Shown: in pieces, positions 40,159-52,729 of the stretch
How the letters are laid out: each line of letters starts with the position of its first letter
Numbering within the stretch: position 1 is the stretch's first letter
NCBI GenBank assembly: GCA_002104905.1
Contig: MCFE01000272.1
Coordinates: forward strand, 1-64,000
Source of the DNA: Basidiobolus meristosporus CBS 931.73
Taxonomy: Eukaryota; Fungi; Basidiobolomycota
DNA length: 64,000 nucleotides
Direction: 5' to 3'
Notes under the pieces: model-generated
What the model saw: the letters and a program-made list of their open reading frames with translations, nothing else
Database searches by the model: none
Told to the model about the DNA's origin: nothing
Program-made: the position numbers and the translations under genes

Positions 40159-43100
40159 ATAAAGTAAGGAAAGCACTATTCTGAGTAACATAAGTAAGAT
40201 TGAGTAAATTTACCAGTAACTGTATCATACCACTGGCATCATGGTAGAAATTATAGTGCCAGATAGTGCTGTAGGGTGCCAGATAGATCTGGCAAGTCTA
40301 TTACCTGCCAGACTGGATTTTAACTTGGTCCACTCCAGTGTGTGTGAAACAAGTGAACTTAGCAAGACACAGTTCTGTAGATCACTAAGAAAAGGCACCC
40401 AGATGTTCCTCATGGCAGTATTACTGGAGGATTCCTCTACTTCAGTACCCCACAAGGTCCACACTCTTTTGAAGGAATATTCAGATGTATTTCCAAATGA
40501 GCTTGTAAGCCTACCACCAGTCAGAGACATGGATCATGCCATTGAAACAGGAGATAGCCCTCCAGTGAGTAAGACACCTTACAGAATGTGTACATTGGAG
40601 TTGGAAGAGATGAAGAGACAAATAGATCAGTAACTGGAGCAAGGATATATCAGACCCAACAGGTCACCTTAGGGAGCACCAGTACTTTTTGTGAAGAAGA
40701 AGGATGGAACACTTAGGATACACATTTACTACAGAGCTCTCAACTCAGTTACTGTGAAGAATAAGTACCCCATACCTTGGATTGATGAGCTTTTGGACCA
40801 ACTCAACAGAGCTAATATTTTCAGCAAGATTGACCTCATGTCAGGATACAACCAGATTAGGGTGAAGCCAGAAGACATCCCTAAGACAGCATTCAGGACC
40901 ATATATGGATATTTTGAATACTTAGTCATGAGTTTTGGCCTCACCAATGCCCCTGCAACATTCATGACCCTTATGCAGACTGTCTTCTAGGAGTACTTAG
41001 ACAAGTTTGCAATAATCTACCTAGTTGATATATTAATATACAGCAAGACAGAAGAGGATCACTTGGTGCACATTGAAAAGGTCTTGAAGAAGCTAAGAGA
41101 GAACAAGTACTATGGCAAGCTACCCAAGTGTGAATTCTTCAAGGAACACATTGAATATCTAGGACATGTAGTGACTAGCACAGGAAACCTAAGACCCTAA
41201 GAAGGCTGAAGTTATCAGGAATCTGAAGCAGCCCCACAGCATATCATTGCTCAGATCATTCCTTGGTATGATTTCCTATTATTGGAGATTTGTCAAGTCC
41301 TTTGCAAGTACTGCAGCCCCTTTAACTGATATCCTCAAGAAAGACAATACCTACAAGTCGGACATAGCTTGTGAGACTCCCTTCCAGATGCTCAAGAGAG
41401 AGCTTGCTAAGCTACCAAGCTTAAGAATACCTGACTTCAGAAAAGAGTTTACTCTGTGCACATATGCTTCAGATTATGCAATTTGTGGCGTGTTGAGCCA
41501 AGAACACAAGGGAAAGGACTAACCTGTTGCCTTTGAATCCAAGGATCTGAACTCAGCAGAGCAAAACTATCCGGTGCATGAGAAGGAGATGCTTGCTATA
41601 ATACACTGCTTGAAGACATGGAGATGCTATATTGAAGGAGTCAAATGCACTGTCAAGACTGATCACACCTCCCTCAAGTATATGTTGACTAAGAAGGTAC
41701 TCTCTAGAAGAATGACAAGATGCAGTCAATACATTCAGCAATTTGATTTGGAGATTTTCTACTGCCCTGGAAAAAACAACCTGGTTGCTGACACCTTATC
41801 ATGATTAGAACAAGTTGCACAGCTCAACTTGGTGCATGATTCAGATTGGCCTAGCCTATTACCAAAGTACTTGGAGGACCAAGCCATACCTAATGAAGTG
41901 AATGAAGATATCAAGAAGATAATCCAGGATGAAGCCAGCAAATTTGTAGTATAGGATGAAACACTCTACCAAATTGCTGATGGAAGCCCTATTGCCTATT
42001 ACTCTTATGTTGCTTGCCTGGATTTAATACATATGCTACACAATAGATATGGACATCTTGGAATTGAAGGAATCTATAGCTTTGTGAAAGCCAGAGCATG
42101 GTGGCCCAGAATGAAACATGACATTGAAAGCTAGTGAAAACATGCCCAAATTGCCAAATCAACCAAGGCCAACCACAGAGAATTGCTGAACTCTTTACCT
42201 TGGAGCCTGTAAGATCATTTGATAGATGGGGAATTGACTTTATTGGAAGACTGCCAACTACAAGGAAATGCAACCATTGGATCCTAGTAGCAATTAACCA
42301 TGCCACTAAATGGTCAGTGGCTAAAGCTGTACCTATAGCCAGCAAATCAGAAGTTGTAAGTTTAATCTACCATGAGATCCTTATGAAGTTTGGATGCACT
42401 GTAGAGATTTTATCCAATAGGGGTGCAAACTTTATGGCAAAGTCATTGGAAGCTTACCTGGAAATGCAGCAGATTAAACACTTGAAAACCTTGGTATATC
42501 ACCCCAGAACTAATGGAGTCACTGAATGGTTTAATGGTTTATGTAGAAAATGCTGACCAAGTATGCAAATCAAGTTGTCAGCAGATGGGATGAGTATATA
42601 GACCAAGCACTCTTTGCATGCAGAGTCAGAGTACACAACACCACCCAACAATTGCCATTTTACTTAGTGTATGGATGTGAACCAAGGATTCCAGGAGATC
42701 TCACACAACCAAAGCTTACAGACATCTTAGAAAATGAACACAGTCAGGCTAGCAGACACCAGCAACAGGAACAAAGACGTCAAGAGGCACAGACCAAAGT
42801 ATCTCAAAGTGCGCAAAAGATGAAGCAGAGATTTGATAAGACTATAGCACCAGAAGCATTGACAGTTGGGAACTTTGTATTGCTAAGAAACTACACTTGG
42901 AAGAAGTTTGAGCCACAATGGACAGGACCATTCAAGATCATCAGAGAATGTCCATTTGCAACTTACCTACTAGTGGACAGACAAGGCAATATCTGGGAAG
43001 ACTTAGTACATAGGGACAGACTCAAGCTTGCAAGACTTGCTGATAATACTGAACCATCAAGATATTGGTATCACAAGAAAAGAGATTCAGGAGATCCTTC

Positions 43101-44029
43101 TCAACTTTAGTAGGGGAGAATGTCATGATCTGCCACTTAAATGCTTAAGTTAGATCAGTTTTTACTCAAATCAATTGGTTATATGTTTAGCTTATCAGTA
43201 TATCAGTATTATCTATCAAATCAGTAGCATTAGTCAGCAAATGAATCAGCAGATCCTTATCAGACAGAGATAGAGATATTAAGTAGGATCATATTGGGTG
43301 ATGATGATGCAATCAAATGAGTCATCAGCCACAGCCTACATTAGGAAATACAATTAGTGAGCAATTGATCTGGCAATATGTATATAAGGAGCTGCTGGAA
43401 TCTCAATAAAGATCAACTTAAGTTTTAGTGAATACAATACTAGCTAAACTCCCTATTCCTCTACAACTCTTATACCAAGACTTGTTACAACATGATATTC
43501 AGTTGTTAATTTAATTTTGTACCCTTTTTTTGTCCCACTTGTTAGAAATCCACCATTGAGGGAAAACATTATTTATACGCTGAATATATTCTAGTAACAC
43601 CCCATCTAAAATAGCTCATGCCGTGTGACATCTGCTATAAAGCTATCAAGTACCACACTTACTATCAATCAAGCCCCAACATTATTGATATATTCAATGG
43701 CAAACATTGCAAGTAACTAAGATGCAAGGGCTTCTTGCCTTAGTACTTGATGGATTCTCTATTCACAAGTACTCTACAAGTAAATCCTGCTAGCCACTGA
43801 TTTATATCAGCCTGTTTCTGCCACTTATCTTATGGTGTCAAAGCAGAAGTCTGATTGTAGTCTCATTGGTATCTGGGTCTTTATCACCACCCTGCCTGTA
43901 TTGCTACCAGTATCCATTGCTGAATGAATATTGTATATTTTCCAGCAAGATTCTATCAAATGGCTGTGATATCAAAGTGCGTAGTTTTATCTGCTTTGGA
44001 GATACCCCAGCCATTGTCAAGATAGAATT

Positions 44030-45045
44030 TTGTCAGTTGCACAGTCAACTAACTCCATCAAGTTCTTTTCTACAGCTTCACTCAAATAGTGGTGTTGTAT
44101 ATCTATGTGCTTAGTTCTGGCATGATAAGTAGGATTTCTAGCTAATGAAAGGCAGCTTTGACTGTGTTGCAATATAAGAAATGATTTGGATATAAGGAAC
44201 TTATTAATAATAGTAATAACAGTGGAACTGTTGCTTGCTCATAAAGAAGCTCAGTACTTGTATGTTTCTGGAAGTAATAAAAGTGTAACAATCAATAAGG
44301 AGAACCTTTCAACACTCAGAAGCATGCTGCAACAGTTTGAGGGTTGGTACATAGTGTTTGATAAAAGTGCAAATTTGATCTTGATTGTAGGGGAATTGTC
44401 ATAGGATCATAGATCTGACAAGAGTGGCAAAGCTAGGGCTGGAAGTAAATACTACAGTGACAAAGACTAGTCCAGAATTGTTAAGTAGATTTTTATCTGC
44501 TGAATGATACCAAATAGTACAATGTTTCAGCAAAGGTTTTGTTTTGAATAATGCTTGCTTGATACAGACTTTGCTCTAAAGATCTTCTCTAAAAATTCCT
44601 GTGCTGATTTGGCTGTACCTGAAGTATGAATTTGTCCAATGAAGGAATCTTGCACATTGATATATATGGCATTACAGGACTTTCTCTCCTTCTCCTGAAA
44701 CTTCTTCACTTCTTCTGCAGCTCCTTTGGACTCAGCTTCTTTTTCTGTTACTATATTCCAAAGCTTTTTTCCCCCAGGTGAATCTGCATCTTGACTCTCC
44801 AAAGTCTGTAGTTCTTCCCATCAAACCTCTCTTTTGCAGGTAAGATGTTTGAATTATTGTGCTTGCTGGTATTAGTTATGTGAACAATAGATTGAACTAA
44901 TTAGGTTCATATCCTATTGCAAGTTCTAGCTAATGAAATGCAACTTTGATTATGTTGCAATTTAAGAAGTGATTTGGATATATGGGACTTATAAAGAAAT
45001 AGCAATAATGGCTGAACTGTTGTTTATTCATAAAGAAGCACAGTA
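44030..45045 (-). mobile_element. Scrambled Copia (C3-type LTR): RNase H tail 44030-44164, LTR 44165-44532, gag start 44533-44870, PBS-like ~44904-44914, partial LTR 44953-45045
   Basis: PTYHARTKHIDI on the minus strand; LTR and gag are homologous to 31338-32060. Confidence 0.78.
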
Positions 45046-45715
45046 TTTATATGCCCACTTGGCACATCTACAGCTTTTATGCAACAAGATTGTGGCAGGA
45101 TTTGAGCAGCTCAAGTACAAGTATAAAGCTGAGTGCATAGAGCCCTGCTGCCACTGTATCCATTCTATACTCCACCTTTTGGGAACTTCCTAAGGAGTGG
45201 ATGTGTGGGGTGATAGGAAGTTGGGTCAAGTTACAATACCACCATATCCAAATCTCATCATGAATATAACCTTTAAGTCTATAATGGATATGATGAGTTG
45301 GCACACAGAGGACAGCCAAGAGTTGAAGAATATATATGACAGATGTGCACATGGAGACACCTATACCTTTGGCATTAAGAAATTCAGCAGCCCCTATTTG
45401 TGGGTAATCTGTTAAGTAGTGCTAAGTTTGGTTGGGTGCAACAAGCAGCTAATTTCTATAAGGACAACTTTACCAAAGTATGATGGGTTCTTCTTGGTCA
45501 CAAGCCCATTTCCACACCATTAAATACACAACTCTCACAAACAAGAGCCAGAGCATACCTATAAGGGTGACTGGAATCCAGCATGGAGAAGGAATATATT
45601 GACTAATCAGCAAAAAGTTGTTTGCAGATATTGAGGAGGTAACTTTGGCAACAGTGGCAGCAACCAAGCATATATTTGCAAGATGTATAAGTTACCAGCA
45701 ATCCACAATTATTTC
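45046..45715 (+). pseudogene. CMC transposase C-terminal fragment
   Basis: Homology to 2540-3180 (reverse); PYPNLIMNITFK motif. Confidence 0.8.
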
Positions 45716-45815
45716 TAAAAACCTCTCAAGCTTGAAAAAATATTTTTACAAGAAGTTTTCTGAAACAATAAACCATTATGATTTGCTCTTTATGCAATAC
45801 CTATACGCACACCTT

Positions 45816-46100
45816 TTTTGATTCTAAATATCCTCTTGAGCTTGAAAACCTGTTTTGTCCAAAACTCTCTCCAAATGACAAGTTATTTAAAGTAAGTCCT
45901 ATTGTAATAACTACATATAATTTATCTTATTTCTAAGTATTCTCTCTGAGCTCAAAATTTTTCTTGTCCAAAACTTTCTTCAAAGGACAATTTATTGTAA
46001 GTAAGCCCTACTGTAATAATTGCATAAGCTTTATTTTGATTCTAAATAGTTTCTCCAAGCCCAATTTTTTTTCTCAGCCAAAAAGTTTCTCCAGACAACA
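45816..46100. repeat. Degenerate AT-rich tandem repeat, ~109-bp period, ~2.5-3 units
   Basis: GTCCAAAACT at 45857 and 45966; GTAATAA at 45904 and 46014; TTTTGATTCTAAATA at 45816 and 46034. Confidence 0.7.
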
Positions 46101-46419
46101 ACCTTTTGAGCATGTTAACTCTTAATATATACAACATATTTTTTAAATTAAGAATTCTATTCAGACTTGATTTTTTTTAAGTTTTGTTGACAGCCATCTC
46201 ATGTCTATATATTTTCTACATTTTTAACACGTTCCTCTCATTTAAAAATAAGCTTCAGATTTGTAAGAATATCTCTTTAGCTTGAGCAAGTTTAAACCAA
46301 AAATTATCCCAGACAATATGAATCATGGTTTACAAGTTATTTTTTCCAAAAAATTTCCCAGGCAACAAGAATCATGTGTTATAATAAATAAAAAACAGAT
46401 TCCATTTCATCCACTAGCA

Positions 46420-47190
46420 GGGTGATTCTGTTCATTATATTTTTCATTTCTTCCCCTGGAAGCATCTTTGTGGTAAAATATTCTGTCAACAATATACCTT
46501 CTTAGCAGTACAACTTGACTAGTATGTGTTTCTAATGCCTTCCAGGCATTCTTTGCTGTTATTGCTCTTGAGCATTGAATTAGCAAGTTGACTTTGACAT
46601 TAAGGCAAATGCAGTTAAAGGCACTTTATTCTTTCTTCTGGTACTTTAAGGCTTGCTCTCCCATTCTTTTAGGGGGGCATTCTTCTGCCATGATAATATC
46701 CCAAAGGCCTTGTTCTCAAAGCAGCATCCTCATCTTCACCTTTGACACTTTGTAGTAAAATCCATCCAACTCTTTGGTGGAGGGAAGAATTCTAGTAATA
46801 GCAGTAATAGACATTGAAGAGAATGACAGCCTGGAATTCATAATTGGTTGTGAGAGTATTGTGGAAACTGGATGTGATTGAGAGAAATAGTAGATTATGT
46901 GATTTTCACCTAAGGATATATGGAATGTAAAAGTAGTATTTATACCTTATATAATCATGGCATAACAAACACAGAATAGGCTGAGGAAGGTCCCAAGAAC
47001 ATGATGCAAAGTTGGAGACTGATTGCCTGACTTACCTGATTTTCATTTTCTGGGTATCTGATATTTTTGTGAAAAAATTCAAAGTAGCTCCTGACAAAGA
47101 ACTTGGTTATTATTCTCCAATATATGTAGGTAAGGATATAATTCACCACATTTGGTGAATACTTAGGTGGATTAACAAGCTTTTACAACA
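46420..47190 (-). mobile_element. Copia C1 5' end remnant: LTR ~46846-47190 plus gag start
   Basis: Homologous to 62640-63417. Confidence 0.85.
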
Positions 47191-47200
47191 CAAATACAAC

Positions 47201-47935
47201 TATGGTAGTGTATAAGCCCAAGGGAGAGATATATCTAACACTTTGCAAGGGTCTTTATGTGAAGTGTGCAATATCCTCTGGCAATGTCTTGCTAAGAAAA
47301 TTGAGGTTTTGTTACCATATTCATGAGTAGGGAAGTAAAGCCTTTGCTTCTGAAGGGAAACCTATAGAGCTTCAATGCTCAACTTTGCCAGTATCCTAAC
47401 AAAATATGTGCCAGGTTCAGCATCCTTTGAATGACAATGTACTGAAGGTTTCAAAGTCACAACAACTGTAAACTCCACCTGCAGGGACTTGACAAGAATG
47501 CAGATGTGGTCAATAATTACAAAGCTAAAAGAGTCTCTTTGTCTGTACAAGAACAAGCTAGGGCAAGCATCAAATATAATGAAAGATAACTACTCTTAAT
47601 ACTCCCTACAAGCAATACCTCTAAGGTCAGTTGGCTATCAGTGTAGTTTCCTGGGAGTATCCTGTGGTTTGGAACTGGAATCTCAGGTAGCAGCAGGTAG
47701 CAGTGGTTGCACTTATTACCAAGTTGCAATATTACTCAATGGGGCAATGAGTAATTATTAAGGGAGTGTCTGCCTTATAAAATTTTATCACTGGCTAAGT
47801 GATTGCAAATCATGATGTTTCAGAAGGTTCCTGAGGTCAGTTTAAGTCATAAACTCAACAGAATGAGCTACAAGTACTGAAGTAGGTGCCACCAGGTTCT
47901 ATAAGGCAAAGCACCTCCAACCAATCAGAGCAGAG
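47201..47935 (-). repeat. Old, diverged LTR-A fragment; right end approximate
   Basis: Collinear with 55056-55810 but with many more substitutions. Confidence 0.8.
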
Positions 47936-47944
47936 TATTTAGAA

Positions 47945-48490
47945 ATCTAGATCTGAATCAATGCACTGTGCCAAGATGTTCAATGTAATTCATAGCTGTT
48001 AAGAACTATCAGGTGCATTGTTGTAGCAAGCAATAGGCAAGGTTGTTGTTGGACAATTACTCACTAGGTTGGTTGATCTTTAACACTATGGTTAAATCTT
48101 ACACAACAAGATTGGCATGGATGATTGCACCAATTTGTAATGTTTGCATCAGGTGCATTATTGGACACTTCTATTATGGTAGGCAAAATCTGGTATTCAG
48201 ATATGTGTCATTAGTTTATATAGATATTAATACATATTACACTAAAAACTACACTCTTACTTACCAGCTTGGTGATCATCACTCCAATTCAACTGCATAT
48301 CAGTGATTGATTGGACTAAAGGTATCCCAAAGCAGTGAGCCTCTCATTGGCTCATGTACCAACACACAAGCTATCTAATTTGCCATCAAATATCCCATTT
48401 TACCAATTGAGCAAGTAATTTCCTGATCATAGATATTAGATAAGGCATCATTGCAAGCAGATTGTGTAGGTGCAAATCAGATCAATTAAT
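47945..48490 (+). mobile_element. Left-end remnant of a third Pangu-like copy; ends approximate
   Basis: Homology to 36927-37470, e.g. GGTAGGCAAAATCTGGTATTCAGATATG and ATCAAATATCCCATTTT. Confidence 0.7.
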
Positions 48491-48699
48491 ATGTACTCCT
48501 GAGACTCCCCTAAAAATGAACAAAAATCTTACAAACTAACTTCTAAGTTAATATTCTGAAATATGTAATTTAACTATGTGCTAGTTCATAATATATTGAT
48601 AATTAGGTAAACTCTCGATTATTGAACAGATTTTACTGCTAAATATAGTTACAAAATTGACAGTGTTTGAGCAGTCTTTTGACAAGAATAGCTTATCAT

Positions 48700-51649
48700 A
48701 CTAATGGTCCTGATGAGCTCAACATTTGTTTGAGCAGACCTAACTAGCCAATACATCCAATTGCCTTATATAGCAAGTAACTTGATGGTATTCTGCTGGT
48801 CTAATTATAAACCTCTGCTGGCATTATAACAACAGTATGGCAATCTACAGCTAGTTCTGTATAATGCTACCATACCAACTTAACATATGGTACTTTCTTC
48901 TTGTACCTCACCTGACACCATTTAAATTGCCACTGTAAAATCATCCCTCTTTATTTGCTTATCCTCTACTTCCTTGGGTATTCAACACATAGCTTGAATA
49001 AAAGAAACTATATCCTCCTGCTTACTAACATCTACATAGGTGCACATCTGCTGCAATTGACACTCTTATATCAACTCAACTTCAGTGCTTTTTAGCATGA
49101 TACTTGCAAGCTTTTGACTTACCTTGTCTTGCTGATAACATATACATCTTGCAAAGATATGCTTGGTTGCCACCACTTTTGCCATAAATGCCTCCGGAAT
49201 ATTGTCAAAGATCTTCTCAATAATTAGTCAATATATTCCTTCTTCCTGCTTGATTCTATTCCTCTTATATGTGCACTCTGACTCTTACTTGGGTGAGTTC
49301 CAAAGTAAATAGTGTGGAATCTGGCCTGTGACCAAGAGAAACCTGGCATACTCTGGTAAAGTTGTCCTAATATGTATTAGTTTCTTATTGCACCCAACCT
49401 AACTTTGCACAACTTTGCTGATCACCCACACATCAAGGCTGCTTTGTTTATTATTGCAAGTGGCATAGGTGTCTCCATGCTCCAATTTGTGCTCACTATT
49501 TTCCACTTGTTCCTGGCTGTCCTCCATGTGCCAACTCATCTCATCCACAACAGATTTGAAGGTAATATTCTTGCTGAGACTGGGATATGGTAGGCCCTGC
49601 AACTTGAGTTGTCTTTCTATTTTTTCTTATATGAGCAGCATTAGAAACTCCAAAAAGGTAAAGCAAGATCCATGATTCTCCACACCAGGCAGGATGGAGT
49701 TCAGAATGGACATAGCAGCAGCAGAGATCTACACATTCAGCTTTATGCTTACAGTGCAGTTACTCAAATCCCAATACAAACTCTTTGCATAAAAGCTGTA
49801 GGTGCATCAAGTTGGCATTAGTGATCTGTTAGGGATAAACATTCCTACAATTTCAACATATGACTCCCAGTGCTTCTAGTTTACTCTTGGTACCTTATGA
49901 AAAATAATTTGGTCCAGTGAGCAGATTCAATTTGGATCAGCCCTCAGGAAACTGCAATGAGTCAGTCATAATGCTTACAGCTTGGAATTATTGACCCTCC
50001 ACACAGTCTTATGATGGGATTATGATGGTGATTTGCCAATTTTACTGCCATATAAAGTAGAAATTCTAATGGAGCTTAAGCAATCACATGACAAGAATTG
50101 CATGGCATTCTCGCAATTTTAATGTGCCTCTGCTATGATCTACTGCTTACATGTTTAAGTTAGATATGTTTTTTGCCAAATCAATTTGTTCTATGCTTAG
50201 CCTATCAGTTTATCAGTACTATCTATCAAATCAGTGGCATTATTCAGCAAATGAATCATCAAGTCCTTATCAGACAGAAATAGATATAAAAGCTAGGATC
50301 TTATTGGGTGATGATGATGCAATCAAGTGAGTCATCAGCCATTACCTACATTAGTGGATACAATTAGTCAGAAATTGCTCTGGCAAAGTGTATATAATGA
50401 GCTGGTGGAACCTCAATAAAAATCAGTTCAAGTTTTTGTGAATACAATACCAGCTAAACTCCCTATTCCTCTCTAACTCTTACACCCAGACTTATAACAC
50501 TTTATATTTATTTGAGCAGACCTGACTGGCCAGTGCATCCAATTGCCTTATATGGCAGGAAACTTGATGGTGTCCTGATGGACTCATTTCAAGCCTCTGT
50601 TTGCCTATCCACTACTACCTTGAATATTTTAGATACAACCCATATCCAAAAAAACTATGGCCTCCTGCTTACCAACCTTTACATAGGTGCACACCTGCTG
50701 CAATTAACACACTTCTATCACCTCAATTCTATGGGCTTTTAGCATGATGCTGGCAAGTTCCTATATGCCTTCTGTTGCTGGTAACATATACATCTTGTAA
50801 ACTAATGCTTGGTTGCTACCACCTTTGCCATAAATACCTGCTGCATATCTGCAAAGAGCCACTTAATATATACCAATTTATTCCTTCTCCTGGCAGGATT
50901 TAAGTCCCCCTGATAGGTGTGCTCTGGCTCTTGTCTGTATGAATTCCATATTGAGTGGTGTATAAGCTGGGTGTGTCCAAGAGAAACCCAGCACACTTTG
51001 TTAAAGTTGCGCTGATAAAAACTAGTTGCTTGTTGCACACAGCCCAACTTGCATTACTTAGCATTACCTTGTATTGGGGCTGCCTAGCTGCTTGATGCCA
51101 AAGGCATAGGTGTCTCCTTGTGCTCATCTGTCCTCAACATTTTGCAACTCTTTCTGGTGGTCCTGCATATGCCAGCTCATTACATCCATGACTGACTTGA
51201 AGGTAATATACTTGATGAGACTGGGATATGGTTATACCTGCAACTTGACATGTCTTCCTTTCTCCCCACATATCTGCTACACAAGAAACTCCCAAAAGCT
51301 GAAGGAAGGAGCAATATTCTCCACATACTAAGCAAGGTGGAGTAGAACATGGATACAGTAATGGCAGAGATCTACATGCTAAACTCTATGCTTGTAGTAT
51401 AGCTGCTCAAACCCATCACACACTATTTGAACAGAAGCTGTAAATGCATCAAGTTGGTATTGGTGATCTGCTTTGAGATAAGTAATCCTATAATGTTGCA
51501 TATGGCTCCCAACATCTCCAATGTATGCATGGTAGAAATAGTTTGAGAAGGTCAATTGAATATATACATATCCAGTTCATCCAGTCCTGGCATTTTTATT
51601 ACTGCATATGCACACAAATAATAATTGGAGCACATGAGAAGTACTCCAG
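48700..51649 (-). mobile_element. Two CMC transposase 3' remnants; a second CMC left end at 49893 is inserted in the first
   Basis: CCTTATGAAAAATAATTTGGTCC at 49893; PYPSLSKNITFK and PYPNLIK-type motifs. Confidence 0.78.
50131..50499 (+). repeat. Solo LTR of Gypsy B (TSD decayed, CCTC/CTTT)
   Basis: Matches 43121-43489. Confidence 0.9.
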
Positions 51650-52723
51650 TGTGGTGGGGTGACAGTGACACCCACTGACAGATGTGCTCATTCCCATATT
51701 TTCTACTTCCCTACGTCTCTGCCACACTTATTTTTGTTTTATCCCATTTGTCTTACCTGTTCAGTACTATCCCATAAGCCGGTTGACTATCACACCTGCT
51801 TACCTTATTGAATAGGTTATCCTGCATTTTATGTAAGATTACTAGCTATAAGTACCTCTATATTGAGCAAGTACCTGCACAAGTACCTGTGACACCTGAT
51901 CAACCCATGTCACCATCCCTAGCATTTCCATACCATATATAACATCTCTATATTATACAGGTTTCAGAGTACTGATTCCTGATTGGTTGGATGTGTTGTG
52001 CCTCTTAGAGCCTTCTGGCACCTACTTAGAGCATTCTTAGGTCATTCTGATGTCATTAAGATTTCTGCTGACACCTGGAACCTTCAGGAACACCATGATT
52101 AGTAATTACTTAGCCAGTAAGAAAAGTATATAAGGGAGGCAATCCCTCAACAACATATCACCATCCCTTTTATCAGTAGACCAACTTGATGATCAGTGTG
52201 ATCACTGCTACCTGCTGCTACCTGAACTTCCAACCCCAGACCACAGGACACTCCCAGGAAACCACTCTGTGGTGGTGTATAGGTCCAAGGGACAGATACG
52301 CCTAAGACTTCTCAAGTATTTTGTGTGTGCGGTGTTCACTGGGTGCAATAACCTCTGGCAAAAGCTTGCTAGGAATACTTGGGTTCTGTCTCTAATCTTA
52401 TGTGATGGGGAATAAAGCCACAAGCTTGTCATGGGAAAACTAATGAGCTACAATCCCCAACTTAGTTGGCATCTTAACAGAAGTATGTGCTGGGCTCAGC
52501 ATCCTTTGAGATGACAATGTACTAAAGCTTCCAAAGTCAAAGCAGCTGTAAACTCCACCAGCAGGGACTTGATAAGAATGCAGCTGTGGTCAATAGTTAC
52601 TAAGACCAAAAAGTATATTTGCCTGTACAAGAACAAACTTGGGAAAGAATCAAGAATAATAAAAGATACCTACTCTGAGTATTCCTCACAAGTAGTGCCT
52701 CCAAGGTTAGTTGGCTGTCAGTG
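51650..52723. repeat. LTR-A 5' part forward (51650-52267) joined to LTR-A 3' part reversed (52268-52723)
   Basis: The forward piece covers LTR positions 1-618 and the reverse piece covers positions 1071 back to 616. Confidence 0.9.
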
Positions 52724-52729
52724 CAGCCT

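Larger units (their letters stand above)
36927..40299 (+). mobile_element. PHIS-superfamily DNA transposon (Pangu-type), 3373 bp, TIR AGACTTG, TSD ATT
   Basis: ATT at 36924-36926 and 40300-40302; Gypsy B pol resumes across the insert; two divergent genes inside. Confidence 0.93.
35181..43489 (+). mobile_element. gag-pol: Full-length decayed Ty3/Gypsy family B: LTRs 35181-35548 and 43121-43489, TSD ACAT, PBS TGGTAGCAGC (probably tRNA-Leu), gag-pro, RT-RNase H-integrase; interrupted by the Pangu-like element
   Basis: ACAT at 35177-35180 and 43490-43493; PPT TAGGGGAGAA; motifs [32 protein letters not shown]. Confidence 0.95.
33514..44010. mobile_element. CMC remnant in opposite orientation (ORF2 -, transposase +), split by Gypsy B; right end approximate
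   Basis: Homology to unit 1 at 33520-35180 and 43494-44010. Confidence 0.75.

Noticed and set aside
46395-46420. CTAG ending the AT-rich block as a possible Helitron 3' end
   Set aside because: No GC-rich subterminal hairpin and no A/T insertion junction.
48706-48745. CTGATGAG followed by a GCTCAA/TTGAGC hairpin, resembling a hammerhead ribozyme core
   Set aside because: The required GAAA after stem II is absent (AGAC), and the homologous CMC positions do not conserve it.
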